A stretch of 61,835 nt of DNA, filler included, from Globobulimina sp. (GCA_003354225.1; 14 parts of 14 records of this genome joined end to end with filler, not necessarily neighbours in it), one strand, 5' to 3'; counted from the whole stretch's first letter, positions 47,785-59,666 are shown. Notes: generated by a model not told the origin, from the sequence alone. Made by a program: numbers and translations.

Positions 47785-47944
47785 TGTCGGTTTACTTTTA
47801 TTGGTGTTTTTGGGAATACAATGTTTTTGTGTTAACTTTTAACTTTAAACAGAGAAAACAGTAATATGTACAAAGGACGGTATGAATGGAGATTATTAAA
47901 GACAATAAAACAGATAATGTGTTCATTAGATTGGTGTATTGATG

Positions 47945-48577
47945 TTATTTGCGACAAAGTTTCCGTATACTATTTGCAATTACTTTTACTAAAAACCACG
48001 GATTATCAAACAACGCAAATGCTAACAATGCGGATACGGTCCAAATTCTTTCTTTCTTCCATTTTGTTCGATGACCCGCTTCGATCATATCCACACAAGA
48101 TATCACGACTAAAACTAAAAAAAATATCATTACAATAAATGCAGTGAAACCAATACAGGCCCACAAAAATGTGAATTTCTTTGAATTTATATTTTCTGGG
48201 AGAGCATTATAATTATCATGTGCTTCTTGTATATTTTGAGTGTGTTGCATTGACATCGCCTCTGACCATGAAGACACTGACACATTTGCACCGCGATGAT
48301 GTCGCTTATAACTTTTTATACATTTAAGCAAATAATATATTCCCCATCCAATCACCCATAAAAAATGAAATGTTACGAATGCAACAGATATTGCAATAGC
48401 ACCGGATAACATATTTTCCATTAAGTCACTAATCGAATCAACTTCGCATGTTATTTTTCTGTTATTTGCGCCAACAAAAAAGTACTTATGATAATATTGA
48501 AATGGTTTAAAAAATAAATATAAGGAAAGCTCCGTCATAAATATATTATATATCCATAACCATCGACAAAACATTCT
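47945..48577 (-). CDS. Multi-pass membrane protein, C-terminal part
   Basis: Open from the contig end with TM helices. Shares 58 nt with 44257-44314. Confidence 0.7.
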   Translation of the reverse strand, partial: RMFCRWLWIYNIFMTELSLYLFFKPFQYYHKYFFVGANNRKITCEVDSISDLMENMLSGAIAISVAFVTFHFLWVIGWGIYYLLKCIKSYKRHHRGANVSVSSWSEAMSMQHTQNIQEAHDNYNALPENINSKKFTFLWACIGFTAFIVMIFFLVLVVISCVDMIEAGHRTKWKKERIWTVSALLAFALFDNPWFLVKVIANSIRKLCRK

Positions 48578-48911
48578 NNNNNNNNNNNNNNNNNNNNNNN
48601 NNNNNNNNNNNNNNNNNNNNNTTAATTAATTAANNNNNNNNNNNNNNNNNNNNNNNNNNNNNNNNNNNNNNNNNNNNTTTTATTTGATTCTATCTCTATA
48701 AGACCATCAAAATTAACAAGATCACACTCTGATTTATACTGAGCAAATAACCATTTCCCTGAACTTGGCTTATACAAAATATTATTTAGTTTTTTTGTTA
48801 ACGCGACAACATTCTCTATATAAGAAAAGTTATTATTTAAAACCATTGAAATTTTCTTATCCGAAACTTTAGCATTTTCAACTAAACCATCTTCATCAAA
48901 ATCATATCTAT

Positions 48912-50285
48912 CGTTTATTAACTCTTTAATGTCACCGGAAAAAAAACCAATCCGTGCACCCACTCTCAAACACATTATTTCTACGCTTCTTTCGTAATTA
49001 TGCGCCAACGGCAAATAACTTAATATTACATCATCATTACCTGAGTAGATAATATATTTAATTTATATTAAAACACAAAAACAATGTTATATTAGTACTG
49101 TATACCTTGGAAATACTCCTTTGTACGTACCAACCAGCCGTTGACTGCCGCCATAATATGAGCATGTGCCAACATTGCGCCCTTTGGGTTTCCTGTAGTC
49201 CCCGACGTGTAACATATGGTATATAAGTCCGCCGGCGATGGCAATACATCAGCAACGATGTGTTGTGAACCAATCGACTCAATCTCCGAAAATAAATGGG
49301 TATACCCGACCACATTAATATCATTTTTATTTGCGATATCTGAATCCATTAAAATAATATATTTCAAAGTGGGACATTTATGTTTACATTTTATGATTTC
49401 ATGCAAGGTTTTCAAACTGCAAAAAATAGCTTCCACGCCAGCGTGATTTGTAATATATTCAATGGCATTTTTGCTTAAAGTGTCATAGAGTGGGATGGTT
49501 ATGAATGATTGTACGTGATTTGCAAAATCAGCCAACACCCATTCAATCCGGTTAATAGAGCAGATGCCAACTTTGCTTTGATGCGGTGTCAGGCCTAAAT
49601 ATCGAAGACCGGACGCGATTGTTGTCACGCGATCGCTGACTTGTTTGAAGGTCATCCATTCATAGTCACCGCGGCTACCATCTGCTAAATATTTCCGTGT
49701 CCCAAAGTGTCGTAAGTCTGGTATTTCCGCACATTTTTTGCGTAATGTTTCACCAATGGTCGTGTACTGAGCATCATAGTTTAGTAACTTAGGCGAGGTT
49801 CGATGAATGAATCCATGGTCCTTTTTATTTTGTGGATATTGTAACCAAAATCTAATTGCTGTATTGGATACATTGGATAATAATTGATTATCATTCATTT
49901 GTTTATCATCAAAGGTAAACCGGATATATTCAGCATATTCGCCAATGATTTTGCCGAATAAAAATTTTAGATCTAATTGATTATCATTTACATCAATGTT
50001 TAATGGATATGCGTCTTGGTTATAACCAAGAATCATAATGGCAATGCTGGCATTTCTTGCTGGTTCACGTGATTTGCATATTACTCTGGATGGATAATCA
50101 AAATTATCCACACCTGCCTCTAACGATAAACGTTGAGAAATCGGGGCGATTGCATATTTTTCGTGAATTTTTCTTTTTAATTCGCACACAACAGATCTTA
50201 CCCGTGTATCAATTGTAAAAAAGTCAACTTTACCAGTGTCTGCAAACACAACCTCTAAACTTTGCAACTGTTTTGAGCTTGCCAT
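48912..50285 (-). CDS. Long-chain acyl-CoA synthetase with an N-terminal ubiquitin-like region; intron 49041-49105; homology breaks near 48912
   Basis: ICYTSGTTGNPKGAML, IPLYDTL, SYLPLAHNYER and IGFFSGDI motifs. N-terminal VCELKRKIHEKYAIAPISQRL. Confidence 0.82.
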
Positions 50286-50341
50286 GATCTGTCAAGTAAA
50301 AAAGTGTTGTATAGCTGTGTTTTTGTGTTTTTTTTATACAG

Positions 50342-51495
50342 ATGGCCGGCCAGATTGAATATGATAATGATCCAAATATCATCTGTTTAAATGATGCTGT
50401 AATGTTGCATTCGAACCGTAAAGGCGTTGTTCGCTATATATCGGATAAAACACAAGATAGGATCGCAGTGGGAATAGAGCTAACAGAACCAAATCCGTCT
50501 GGTTTTGCGGATGTCAGCAAATTATTCGCCTGCAAACCACAACATGGCATATTAATACCATTAACTCAAATTGCACGCAAACTGATGCCGGAAGAGTTGT
50601 TAATTCAATTACAATTTTTAACCACTAAAGTCATTAAATATCATAAACAAATCGAAGATTTAAGGAAAAAAATCGTTGAAAATGAAAACCGATATGCTTC
50701 ATGGATTACAAATCAATTTCTTTCTGTAAACAATTTCTGCAGAAATAACACCAGCAACACGAACAATAATAACTATAATAAAGGTCCGCAAAGACATCGC
50801 AGAAATCATTACATATCGCATCGAAGTAACAGTAATAATCAGCATAAACATCGGCTTAATAATAATGAAAACGATATCAATCAAAATGTATACACATTCT
50901 CGTCGAACCACAACCAAAAAAGAAGAGGCCTCTATGACGAAGCAAGCCATACAAGTCATACTCAGCATACTCAACATACTCAGCCGCTGCCTGGGACAAA
51001 ACGAAGAGTGGCCAGACATAATTCGCACAGCGGAATAGATTTTATATCAAGCGATGTAAATGTATCTTTGCAACAATATCAAGATCCAAATAATAGATTA
51101 TCAATGAGTTTAAATCTAAAAAACGAGAAGCGTTTGCATGGAATGCCAACGTTTTCAAAACGGACAGCATTACAATATAATGAATATAATGAAAAACAGA
51201 AACGGCGGCAAATATCAAAGAGTAACAGTATTTTTCGAAGGAAAAAGAAATTATCAACGGCTACATCACCAGCAAGACATCATAAACACAGCAAAAATAT
51301 AAAAGGTATATGTATATTGTATACGGTCTTGAAAATGAAATACCACACAAATATCATTTGTTGTATACAGATAAAGATATATCAATAGCTGCAAATACTT
51401 ATTTGGTAATGGAATCAGATATCGATGAAATGTCCTCAAATAGTAATGATGGCATAAATCATCATAATACCAATATAAATATCAATCATGTTTGA
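50342..51495 (+). CDS. CAP-Gly domain protein with coiled coil; intron 51306-51370
   Basis: RKGVVRYI...VGIELTEP...LFACKPQHGILIP. The 65-nt GT-AG intron joins the last exon in frame. Confidence 0.78.
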
Positions 51496-51627
51496 ATGTT
51501 TGAGTTATTTTTTTTATTAATCATGTCATTTATGTGTTTTATTATAAGTTATTGCGTGATTGTTGCACTATAAAATAGAAATGTTTTTGTTTAGTTAAAA
51601 AACATAAGAAAGTTTTTTAAGGAAATA

Positions 51628-52997
51628 ATGTCGTCGAAAGATTCGGACGCCGTTCAAAAACGCGCGAGATTCCGATTTAAAGCAGAGATATATGATACAT
51701 ATAAAGACAATAACAATATTTCATTTTATGTGATTAATGTAAAGATTTATGGTTTAAATGTGGATGAATATGAAATAAAGAAACGTTTTAGTCAATTTGC
51801 AAATTTTGATGCTCGATTAAGAGCGCGATTTCACCATAAACGGCTACCACAATTACCTTCTAAAACGTTTACAAACTCTTCCAAACACGCCGACGAATTT
51901 ATATCCAAACGGAAAATCTCATTAAACCGCTATTTACGCGGTGTTGGACAAAGATTATATTTACAAAATTGCGAAGCTATCTGGCATTTTTTTGAATTCA
52001 TAAATAAAATCAATCCATATTTGCATCGATATCGTGTATTACATTTAAAATCCATCCAATGTAATGATTATCAATTCATTGATGAAAAAGACGTCCCATC
52101 AAAAGAAGCGGAAACAAAAAGGTACAGCAATCCTTACCTTGTCATCCTTGCACATTCTCTGTGTTATCATCCTTGCACAATATACAAAGCTCCTCCTTCT
52201 CGTTTCGGAACTTATTCGCCAGCGCATCGGCCACTAAATCCACCAATAAATTATCATTCGCCACGTCCAAATCCAACAAGAAAGTGTTGCGCGAATGGAA
52301 GGTGCTCTATGGCGCCTTCATCGCGTCCAACATATACTTGTCAGTCTCCACCATCCACTCCGACAACACCAAAAATAACTGGTGGGACACTTTCATGTCC
52401 ACCGCAAACGACCTCCAATCCCAAATATTGTCCAATAACCCCATCACTACCAATGACGAGCTCGACAATGACATGGATGACTATGACGACGACCAAATCG
52501 AGCAGCCACCGCAAAGCATAAACCCCGAAGCAAAAACAAAGGACATTGACGACGAGGACGAGCCGTATAATCGGCAGGATCGGTTGGAATCTGTTGATTT
52601 TGACACCCAATCCGATTTAAATGCAAATGTGAACCCCAATCCGTCGGCAAACACCGCCAAAAAGGGGTTATCCGCGTGGGAGGCCGAGAAATTAGCCTTT
52701 GCCGAGAACGAATTTTATTTGGGCAAAATCGAGATCTACAAATGGGAGGATGCCAGCAACCACAACGACAGCGATGAGATTATGTATACATCGTATTGCA
52801 GATTCCCCTTAGTCCGCAACCGTCCGTCGTGCGCCATCTTCATCAACGAAGATGACTTGTTATTGGTGGGCACCTCGCATGGCAAGGTCTTGTGCTTCAA
52901 ATTGAATCGGAACACGTACACAATCTCACACATCTGTTATCTGCCGCGGGTGTTTGGCAGCTATGTGACGGACATGATCGCCGTGGAATGCTCGTTG
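51628..52997 (+). CDS. PX-domain protein with a probable C-terminal beta-propeller; intron 52122-52189; cut by contig end
   Basis: IKKRFSQFANFDARL...LPQLPSK...FISKRKISLNRYL. The 68-nt intron joins the frames (AAA AG|C TCC). Confidence 0.82.
52144..52178 (+). promoter_or_regulatory. Recurrent non-coding motif ATCCTTGCAC (two copies here; also 23912, 35648, 38036, 47242 on minus, 61085, 61741)
   Basis: Eight exact copies, none in a predicted exon. Function unknown. Confidence 0.6.
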
Positions 52998-53257
52998 NNN
53001 NNNNNNNNNNNNNNNNNNNNNNNNNNNNNNNNNNNNNNNNNTTAATTAATTAANNNNNNNNNNNNNNNNNNNNNNNNNNNNNNNNNNNNNNNNNNNNATG
53101 TTTAGATTTATTTTTTTTATTCCTTTTTATGGATGTTTGTATCTGTTTGATTATTAAATATTATATAATGTAAGAGACTCCCTCTAAATTATTGCAATTT
53201 AGAATTTTGTGGCGTTGTGATGAAAGTCTAGTCTCTCTATCATCATATAATAACTAA

Positions 53258-55459
53258 ATGCAAAAAGCCCTGAAAGTTTTTCTAGTTTCTAGTTTCTGCA
53301 ATATATCAAACGTCTGTAGCACTGCACTCATGCAACAACAAAATGACAAAATACAACAGAAAACATGTACACTGTTGTATTTAATTACAATCCAATTATG
53401 CGCATCTCAAACGAGTGTCCCGTTCACTGGTTTCACCGCTGGTTCACCATTGATGCCAGATCCCAGGGCATTGCTACTTAGTGGTTATCAAGCATCAGAA
53501 AATAGAATCTGGCTTATCGGCGGGGGATCCGCCGGTAACGAATTCAAAAAATGGCATTATGATATCGACACCAATATATTCACAGATCTCGGCAATATAT
53601 CCATAATTGCGGGCGTTTTAGACTCTCAATGTTCCTTCCAATGGGCTGAGAATCTTATAACATTTGCAAATGGAGGACTATTACGAGATTTTTCAATGGT
53701 TACTGGACAATTATCTCCATGGACTGGGACATTGCCATATTATCGAGAAGCGCCATGCGTTGCTAGTAATTTGTTTCATCGCTTTATATTTGTAACCGGC
53801 GGGATTCTCATCGACGGGCAAAGTCAATCAGAAAGTTCACGTATTCAAATCTACGATGTCACTACGGATGACTGGATCATATTAGATCCGCCGGGCTCGC
53901 CATATATGGTCACTCCCCGCGGAAAGCATGCTTGTGTGTTATACAATGCGTTTCTATATGTTTTCGGCGGGGTGAACGTCGGTGCGGTCGTAGCTTCTAA
54001 CGAGAAACTAGATGTTTCAGACCCCACTGATAACAATTTTGGCAATAAAGATTGGGACAACACAATATCTTATCTTGCTGATAACAATTTGTATTTTCAG
54101 CGTGCAGTAGTTGACAATACGAATAATTTAATTTATTTAGTTGGCGGCAGGGACGACAGTTACGGTGGCGGATATTCTATAAATATTCAGATTTACGATC
54201 CAGTCATGGATACAATCACATTACTTTCAGCACCAACGCAACGGCTAAATGTAGGCAGATCCTCGCCAGCGGTCATTTTAGTCAATCATAGATTGTATGT
54301 GTTTGGTGGAGCTGGGCCGACAGATACGTGGGAATATTCCAATAGTTTGACGTTTGCACCGACTGCAGCACCCACCCCAGCTCCCACCATGTATCCCACA
54401 ATGAGTCCTACATTGAGTCCAACCGCCTCTCCTACGTCGGATCCTTCATCGAGTCCAACATTGGACCCAACCAATGATCCAACAACAGATCCAACAGCCG
54501 ACCCGACTGAAGATCCTACATTGGACCCAACCAACGATCCAAGCTTTATGCCAACGAATGACCCAACGTTTTCGCCCACATTTGACCCAACATTCATACC
54601 AACATTGATGCCAACTTCTGATCCAACAGCTGATCCAACAAAAGACCCAACCTTTGATCCAACGTTTGACCCAACAAATGACCCCACAACAGATCCAACG
54701 TTTGAGCCAACCGTCGAGCCAACGTGGAATCCAACATCTGAGCCAACAACGCCTACATTTCGACCAAGTGCAGCTCCAACCACTGCACCAACGTGGATGC
54801 CGTCATTCGCTCCGTCAAAAGCTCCAACACCGCACCCGATCATTGAGATAATACCGACAGTCAAACCATTGGCAAATCCATCCGTGCCATCAATATCGAG
54901 CACAGAACGAATGGCAACAGCTGAAAGCAATGGAAATGCACAGAATCCGCAGATTAACCTCAATACTTTGGACAGGTTGCCACTTAAAACGTATATACTG
55001 ATCGGATCTATTATAGTTTGCTTGATCGGCTGTTGTTGTTTATTGATATTGCTGCTTAAGACGAAAAGTAGGAAAGGAAGGAAGAGGAAATATCTAGCTT
55101 CTTATAAAAAAAAAGTGAATAAATCTGTACATGTGACTGTCACAGAAATGATCAAAAAGAAATCGGAACCCATTCGAATCACAATGGAGACATGCACACC
55201 GATGAAGCATGTGGCCAGTACGTCATCCATGGATTGCATTATGGAGAACAAAACTACAATGGGAGCGGACATGGGAATGCGAATAGTTCCTGTCGATGAT
55301 GAAGGAACCACGGAGGAGGAGGACGACTCAGATGACGATGATATGTATGGGAAAGGAACCGATGGGAATACTAATAGGGGTACGGGAGCAGGGACCGCTG
55401 GAGAACCCTTTGATGGAAATGTACATACATCGGATGTGGTCACCATCGGAAGAATATGA
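53258..55459 (+). CDS. Kelch-repeat ectodomain, PT-repeat stalk and TM helix (type I membrane protein)
   Basis: Repeated WLIGG, FVTGG, YVFGG and YLVGG kelch motifs, PTxDPT repeats and TM ILIGSIIVCLIGCCCLLILLL. Confidence 0.85.
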   Translation: MQKALKVFLVSSFCNISNVCSTALMQQQNDKIQQKTCTLLYLITIQLCASQTSVPFTGFTAGSPLMPDPRALLLSGYQASENRIWLIGGGSAGNEFKKWHYDIDTNIFTDLGNISIIAGVLDSQCSFQWAENLITFANGGLLRDFSMVTGQLSPWTGTLPYYREAPCVASNLFHRFIFVTGGILIDGQSQSESSRIQIYDVTTDDWIILDPPGSPYMVTPRGKHACVLYNAFLYVFGGVNVGAVVASNEKLDVSDPTDNNFGNKDWDNTISYLADNNLYFQRAVVDNTNNLIYLVGGRDDSYGGGYSINIQIYDPVMDTITLLSAPTQRLNVGRSSPAVILVNHRLYVFGGAGPTDTWEYSNSLTFAPTAAPTPAPTMYPTMSPTLSPTASPTSDPSSSPTLDPTNDPTTDPTADPTEDPTLDPTNDPSFMPTNDPTFSPTFDPTFIPTLMPTSDPTADPTKDPTFDPTFDPTNDPTTDPTFEPTVEPTWNPTSEPTTPTFRPSAAPTTAPTWMPSFAPSKAPTPHPIIEIIPTVKPLANPSVPSISSTERMATAESNGNAQNPQINLNTLDRLPLKTYILIGSIIVCLIGCCCLLILLLKTKSRKGRKRKYLASYKKKVNKSVHVTVTEMIKKKSEPIRITMETCTPMKHVASTSSMDCIMENKTTMGADMGMRIVPVDDEGTTEEEDDSDDDDMYGKGTDGNTNRGTGAGTAGEPFDGNVHTSDVVTIGRI

Positions 55460-55631
55460 TATGGATTGTAAGAATAACAAAATAAATAATAGTCTTTTTG
55501 TAGTAATAAACATTGTTCGTGTTATACGTTTACATGATTGCTAGTTTCACATAGTTGTGCTTTTGTTTTTGGAAACTTTAAAAAGTGACAAAAGTGAGTG
55601 TCGTAAAATGTCCTCAAACATGACATTGCGG

Positions 55632-57392
55632 TCATAACTCATCATCATATGCTAGTACATCATCGTCATCCGTAGCATCAGTAACCTGCACTTCATTGTC
55701 AATATCAACAGTCTCATTCTCCAACAAATCATGTTTTAACGGATAATTAAATCCAAAATCATTGGCATTGCTTAAGAAGTTTTTAATATCCCTTGCATTC
55801 GTCGCATAAATGTTGATACACAATCTCCCATTTAATTGTTCCAATCGCTTCATTTTACTTAAATATTCTCTGCGTTGCTGTTTATCCGCCAAACTAAATA
55901 TATTTTTATTTCCTACCAATTCCATTTCCACATCTTGTTCTTCCTTCATTTGCTGTCTATTTTTTTTATATTTTTCCATAAATGGTTTCCGCAATTTACT
56001 TTTATTTTTTTTTAATAACAACTTGGTTTCATTAATATTATTCCCGTTCCATTTGATAATTGTATTTATTTGCGCTCTCAACTCACATTTTAGAAATTCT
56101 TCATAATCCAAATATCGATCAATGTCTTTATCCCTCCAATTTTCATCTAAATTGACATTTTCCTCATATTTCTTCTTCGTTTTCTGGCAGTAATCCCTCC
56201 AACAAACATCAGCCACTGTTACAAATTGATTTGATTTCATTTTCATAACTTCTTTGATGGAATATTTTCGCCGTAATTGCGGATTATAAATCAAATATTT
56301 TAAGCGCTGTAATCTGACCCAGGTATAGTTAAAAATCCATCCATTTGAAATCAAGTATTTTACGCATAATTTATACGCGGAACATATGATCTCTTCATTT
56401 AATAAACTTTTATCCGTTCCAATCTGTGTCAAATCGATATCGTCAAAAAAGAAATATTTTTGTTTTCTCAAAATCACTCCGCTTCCAAATTCCATAAAAA
56501 ATCTAAATTTACTTAATAACGATAAATAATCTGTTTTTAGAATATTCGGATAAACTTCAAATAATTCGATAAGTTCAATTTGCGATAAACCCATATTATT
56601 TGTATAATTTACGCACAGCAATTTCTTTAAAACATGGATTTCTTTTATAATTTCAGCAAAGTCTTTGGTTAAAAAAATAGAAACGTTTTCAAAAAATTTA
56701 TCCCAATCAATAAGTTCTATGATTTCGGATTTATTTAAATATTCTTCGTTATATTTCTCAATGTCGTTATTTTTTTTATCTTTATTTGGTTTAAAAAATA
56801 AATGATTATATTTATTTGGATTGGTTGTCTGCGATAAATGTGTGGATATCACATCAATTAAATCAATTTTGCGTTTTTTGATGGTTAATAAGGTCAAGGT
56901 TAAGAAATATGGATTGTAATAAATGGCTTTATTTAATATCATATTTGGGAATATTTTTTGTACATTTTCCAAATACCTTTGTGCTAAATGTGGCGATCTT
57001 AAATGTTTACATTCCTCCAATGTATATTCAGCAAATTTGGCAATATCTATTTTTAATGAAGATAATAATTTTGGATCACTGTATTTTCCATGACCTAAAT
57101 TTATTAAAATGTCAATGTTGTATTTGTTAAAATTGAGTGATTCCCAAAATTGATTCATGTCTGATACCCATAAAAACTCTTTGTTTTTCAACGGATTTAT
57201 ATTATCTTGAATCATTTCTAGTGTTTCTGTCTCGTTTTGATGATTGCATTCAGTTTGGAGAGGCGTTGCAGAGGATTGGTATCGTAACGATATTGAATGT
57301 GCTATCATTTTAATATTATGGTTGTGTTGAATGCATTTAAAAGGATTCATTTTTAATAATACTCTTTTAGTCACTTTATTGATGCAATTCAT
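55632..57392 (-). CDS. Probable mitochondrial protein with mTERF-like repeats
   Basis: Basic transit-like N-terminus and MGLSQIELIELFEVYPNILKTDYLSLLSKFRFF. Confidence 0.5.
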   Translation of the reverse strand: MNCINKVTKRVLLKMNPFKCIQHNHNIKMIAHSISLRYQSSATPLQTECNHQNETETLEMIQDNINPLKNKEFLWVSDMNQFWESLNFNKYNIDILINLGHGKYSDPKLLSSLKIDIAKFAEYTLEECKHLRSPHLAQRYLENVQKIFPNMILNKAIYYNPYFLTLTLLTIKKRKIDLIDVISTHLSQTTNPNKYNHLFFKPNKDKKNNDIEKYNEEYLNKSEIIELIDWDKFFENVSIFLTKDFAEIIKEIHVLKKLLCVNYTNNMGLSQIELIELFEVYPNILKTDYLSLLSKFRFFMEFGSGVILRKQKYFFFDDIDLTQIGTDKSLLNEEIICSAYKLCVKYLISNGWIFNYTWVRLQRLKYLIYNPQLRRKYSIKEVMKMKSNQFVTVADVCWRDYCQKTKKKYEENVNLDENWRDKDIDRYLDYEEFLKCELRAQINTIIKWNGNNINETKLLLKKNKSKLRKPFMEKYKKNRQQMKEEQDVEMELVGNKNIFSLADKQQRREYLSKMKRLEQLNGRLCINIYATNARDIKNFLSNANDFGFNYPLKHDLLENETVDIDNEVQVTDATDDDDVLAYDDEL

Positions 57393-57516
57393 GTCGAATT
57401 TTCTGGAATTTTAAACNNNNNNNNNNNNNNNNNNNNNNNNNNNNNNNNNNNNNNNNNNNNTTAATTAATTAANNNNNNNNNNNNNNNNNNNNNNNNNNNN
57501 NNNNNNNNNNNNNNNN

Positions 57517-58040
57517 AGTAAAAAGGAAATTAATATATTAATACATGCGACAATTATGATAATAGGAGAGAATGTTTTGATGTTACCAAATGTTGCTTTA
57601 TTATTTAAAAACCAATTCGATTCTAACGATGATTTGTCAATGATATGTTGCCAATTTTTGCTATGGAAATAATACGCATAATTCATATCGTACCAAATAC
57701 AATAAAATTTTAAGAAAATTGCCCATTTTAAACCATGGACTGAGACTGGCCATAAAACATCTTCTGGATACACACATATTGCACATATTTGTGTTAAATA
57801 CAATATGACACACGGATAGCCAATGACTGTATGTAATAAAATAAACATTACAATTGAATATGTTATGTATGGATAATGTTTTTGAATAATTATATGATGT
57901 CTATGTTGGTAATATTTCCATGTAAAATAACAAACAATTGGTGTATATATGAACCAACACACACTAACCAGTATCCAACCAACCAGTCTAGTTTTATCAA
58001 TATTGACAATGTCAACCGCATTATTTATGCGAGACACCAT
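57517..58040 (-). CDS. N-terminal part of a multi-pass (GPCR-like) membrane protein
   Basis: At least four hydrophobic helices; cut by the contig edge. Confidence 0.55.
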
Positions 58041-58229
58041 GCTCAAAAAAATATTTTTTAGGCGAAAAAACTTGCACTACATTTTATTCATCATTTATAT
58101 AAGCCAAAAGCAATTAAGTTATATTTCATCCAATCATATAAATAAATATTAAAGTACAGCCAATCTAATACAGCCAGCAATTTCTTGTCAGAAATTATCA
58201 GAAATTCATTGGACAATAAAACTTGCAAT

Positions 58230-58652
58230 ATGCTGTTGGTTCTATTGTATTTTTGCTTCTGTTTAATATTTGGTTTTGGCACATCAGATGACAGTCCACC
58301 AGCTTTGTCAAAAGAGATTCCATCGTGCTTTGGTCCGCCAACTTGGAAATTAACAGAGGCGCATAAACCATACCATACGACTCCAATATGGAACAAAGAC
58401 AGCATTCCAGGCGCATTAACTAAAAGGCATAATACACCAAAAGGTGTCACTGGACTCATACATGTGGTTGAAGGGGAATTGAAAGTGACTGTTTTTGCGA
58501 ATAAAAAGGACGTCCCAACGGATGAAATATTGATTTTAAAAAAAGGTGAATGTGCAATATCAGCACCACAAGAATATCATAAAGTTGCTGCCAATACGGA
58601 AGATATGAAATTTTATGTAGAATTTTGGAAAATTGATAAAGAGGATTTATAA
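58230..58652 (+). CDS. DUF1971 (TehB N-terminal/YeaR-like cupin) protein with signal peptide
   Basis: TPIWNKDSIPGALTKRHNTPKGVTGLIHVVEGELK...SAPQEYHKV...FYVEF. Confidence 0.75.
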   Translation: MLLVLLYFCFCLIFGFGTSDDSPPALSKEIPSCFGPPTWKLTEAHKPYHTTPIWNKDSIPGALTKRHNTPKGVTGLIHVVEGELKVTVFANKKDVPTDEILILKKGECAISAPQEYHKVAANTEDMKFYVEFWKIDKEDL

Positions 58653-59087
58653 CTTATAAGCATTGATATATAAATTTATAAGGTTGACATTTCAGTGTGA
58701 ATTTAATCAATTTATAACGTTCCATTGAAACTTTATGTATTTTAATGAAATGAGCAATCTGTTTAGGTGAAAACCAGAGGATTAAAAAGTCCGAACGTAC
58801 AGTGAGTTGCTGTTATTTTGACAGATAGCATAAGCTTCTTCAAAAACACTAAGACATTGAAGAGGAACTTAATATTATGACTCACAAAAATATGGAAAAA
58901 CCTCCTTCAGTTTGCAAAAGAAACAAAAAGATTTAATTTAATACCGATACCAAGTGGACCTAATGAATTTATCTCCGATCATTTCGGATTAAGGGAACTA
59001 TATACTTTTGTATTAGTTTCAAATATTTTTATTTACCTTTGTTCATTGGCTTCACCTCCAAATAAAAGGGATGTATTATATTTTTAT

Positions 59088-59666
59088 TTACCTAATTGTT
59101 TCTGGTATTATATTTTTATTTTGCGTATATACATATTGTACAAAATCATCAGTCATTTGTTCAAATCCAATCTCAATGGAATCTTTAAACAAAAATTGAA
59201 TTATTGGTGACAATGGACCTGAATTAATATCAAAATGTCTCAATAAAACATATTTGTTGTCAGCATCCAATTTGATTTCCATACATCGCCTTGTTTTTAG
59301 GGTGAATGTCTGAATCCATTCTGGAACCATTTGATACGACCAACATATCCTTTCATTTTCTGTAATCTCAACAAATTTAAATAATAATGATAATTTTGAA
59401 TATTTATCCTCAAAAAATGGTTGTTTCAATCGAACTGACACAGTCGCAAAATTATTTTCTTGTCTTTCAACTTTATAAGTGAATGTGTTCCATGTTGCAT
59501 ATTTCTCAAAATCAAAAAAAATATTCCATGCAAACTCCAATGATTTGATAGGTTTCGAATCAACTTTGAGCACTGCTTTCCATTGGGTTTCAGCAATAAA
59601 TTGATACTGGATCAATAACCCACAAATAACAACCAGTACAAACATTATTAAAGCGCAGGACGCCAT
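59088..59666 (-). CDS. SRPBCC/polyketide cyclase-like protein with N-terminal anchor
   Basis: AWNIFFDFEKYATWNTF, ICWSYQ and GFEQMTDDFVQYV. Confidence 0.7.
   Translation of the reverse strand: MASCALIMFVLVVICGLLIQYQFIAETQWKAVLKVDSKPIKSLEFAWNIFFDFEKYATWNTFTYKVERQENNFATVSVRLKQPFFEDKYSKLSLLFKFVEITENERICWSYQMVPEWIQTFTLKTRRCMEIKLDADNKYVLLRHFDINSGPLSPIIQFLFKDSIEIGFEQMTDDFVQYVYTQNKNIIPETIR

Noticed and set aside
52122-52521. Overlapping ORFs 51628-52521 and 52161-53045 as a programmed frameshift
   Set aside because: Explained by a canonical 68-nt GT-AG intron (52122-52189).
54286-54963. Gly/Val/Ser repeat ORF on the minus strand
   Set aside because: Reverse complement of the PT-repeat stalk of the Kelch protein.
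4329-57516. Regularly spaced TTAATTAATTAA palindromes in N runs as a biological repeat array
   Set aside because: They are artificial six-frame-stop linkers between length-sorted contigs. ORF tails such as XXXLIN and any gene neighbourhood across spacers are meaningless.
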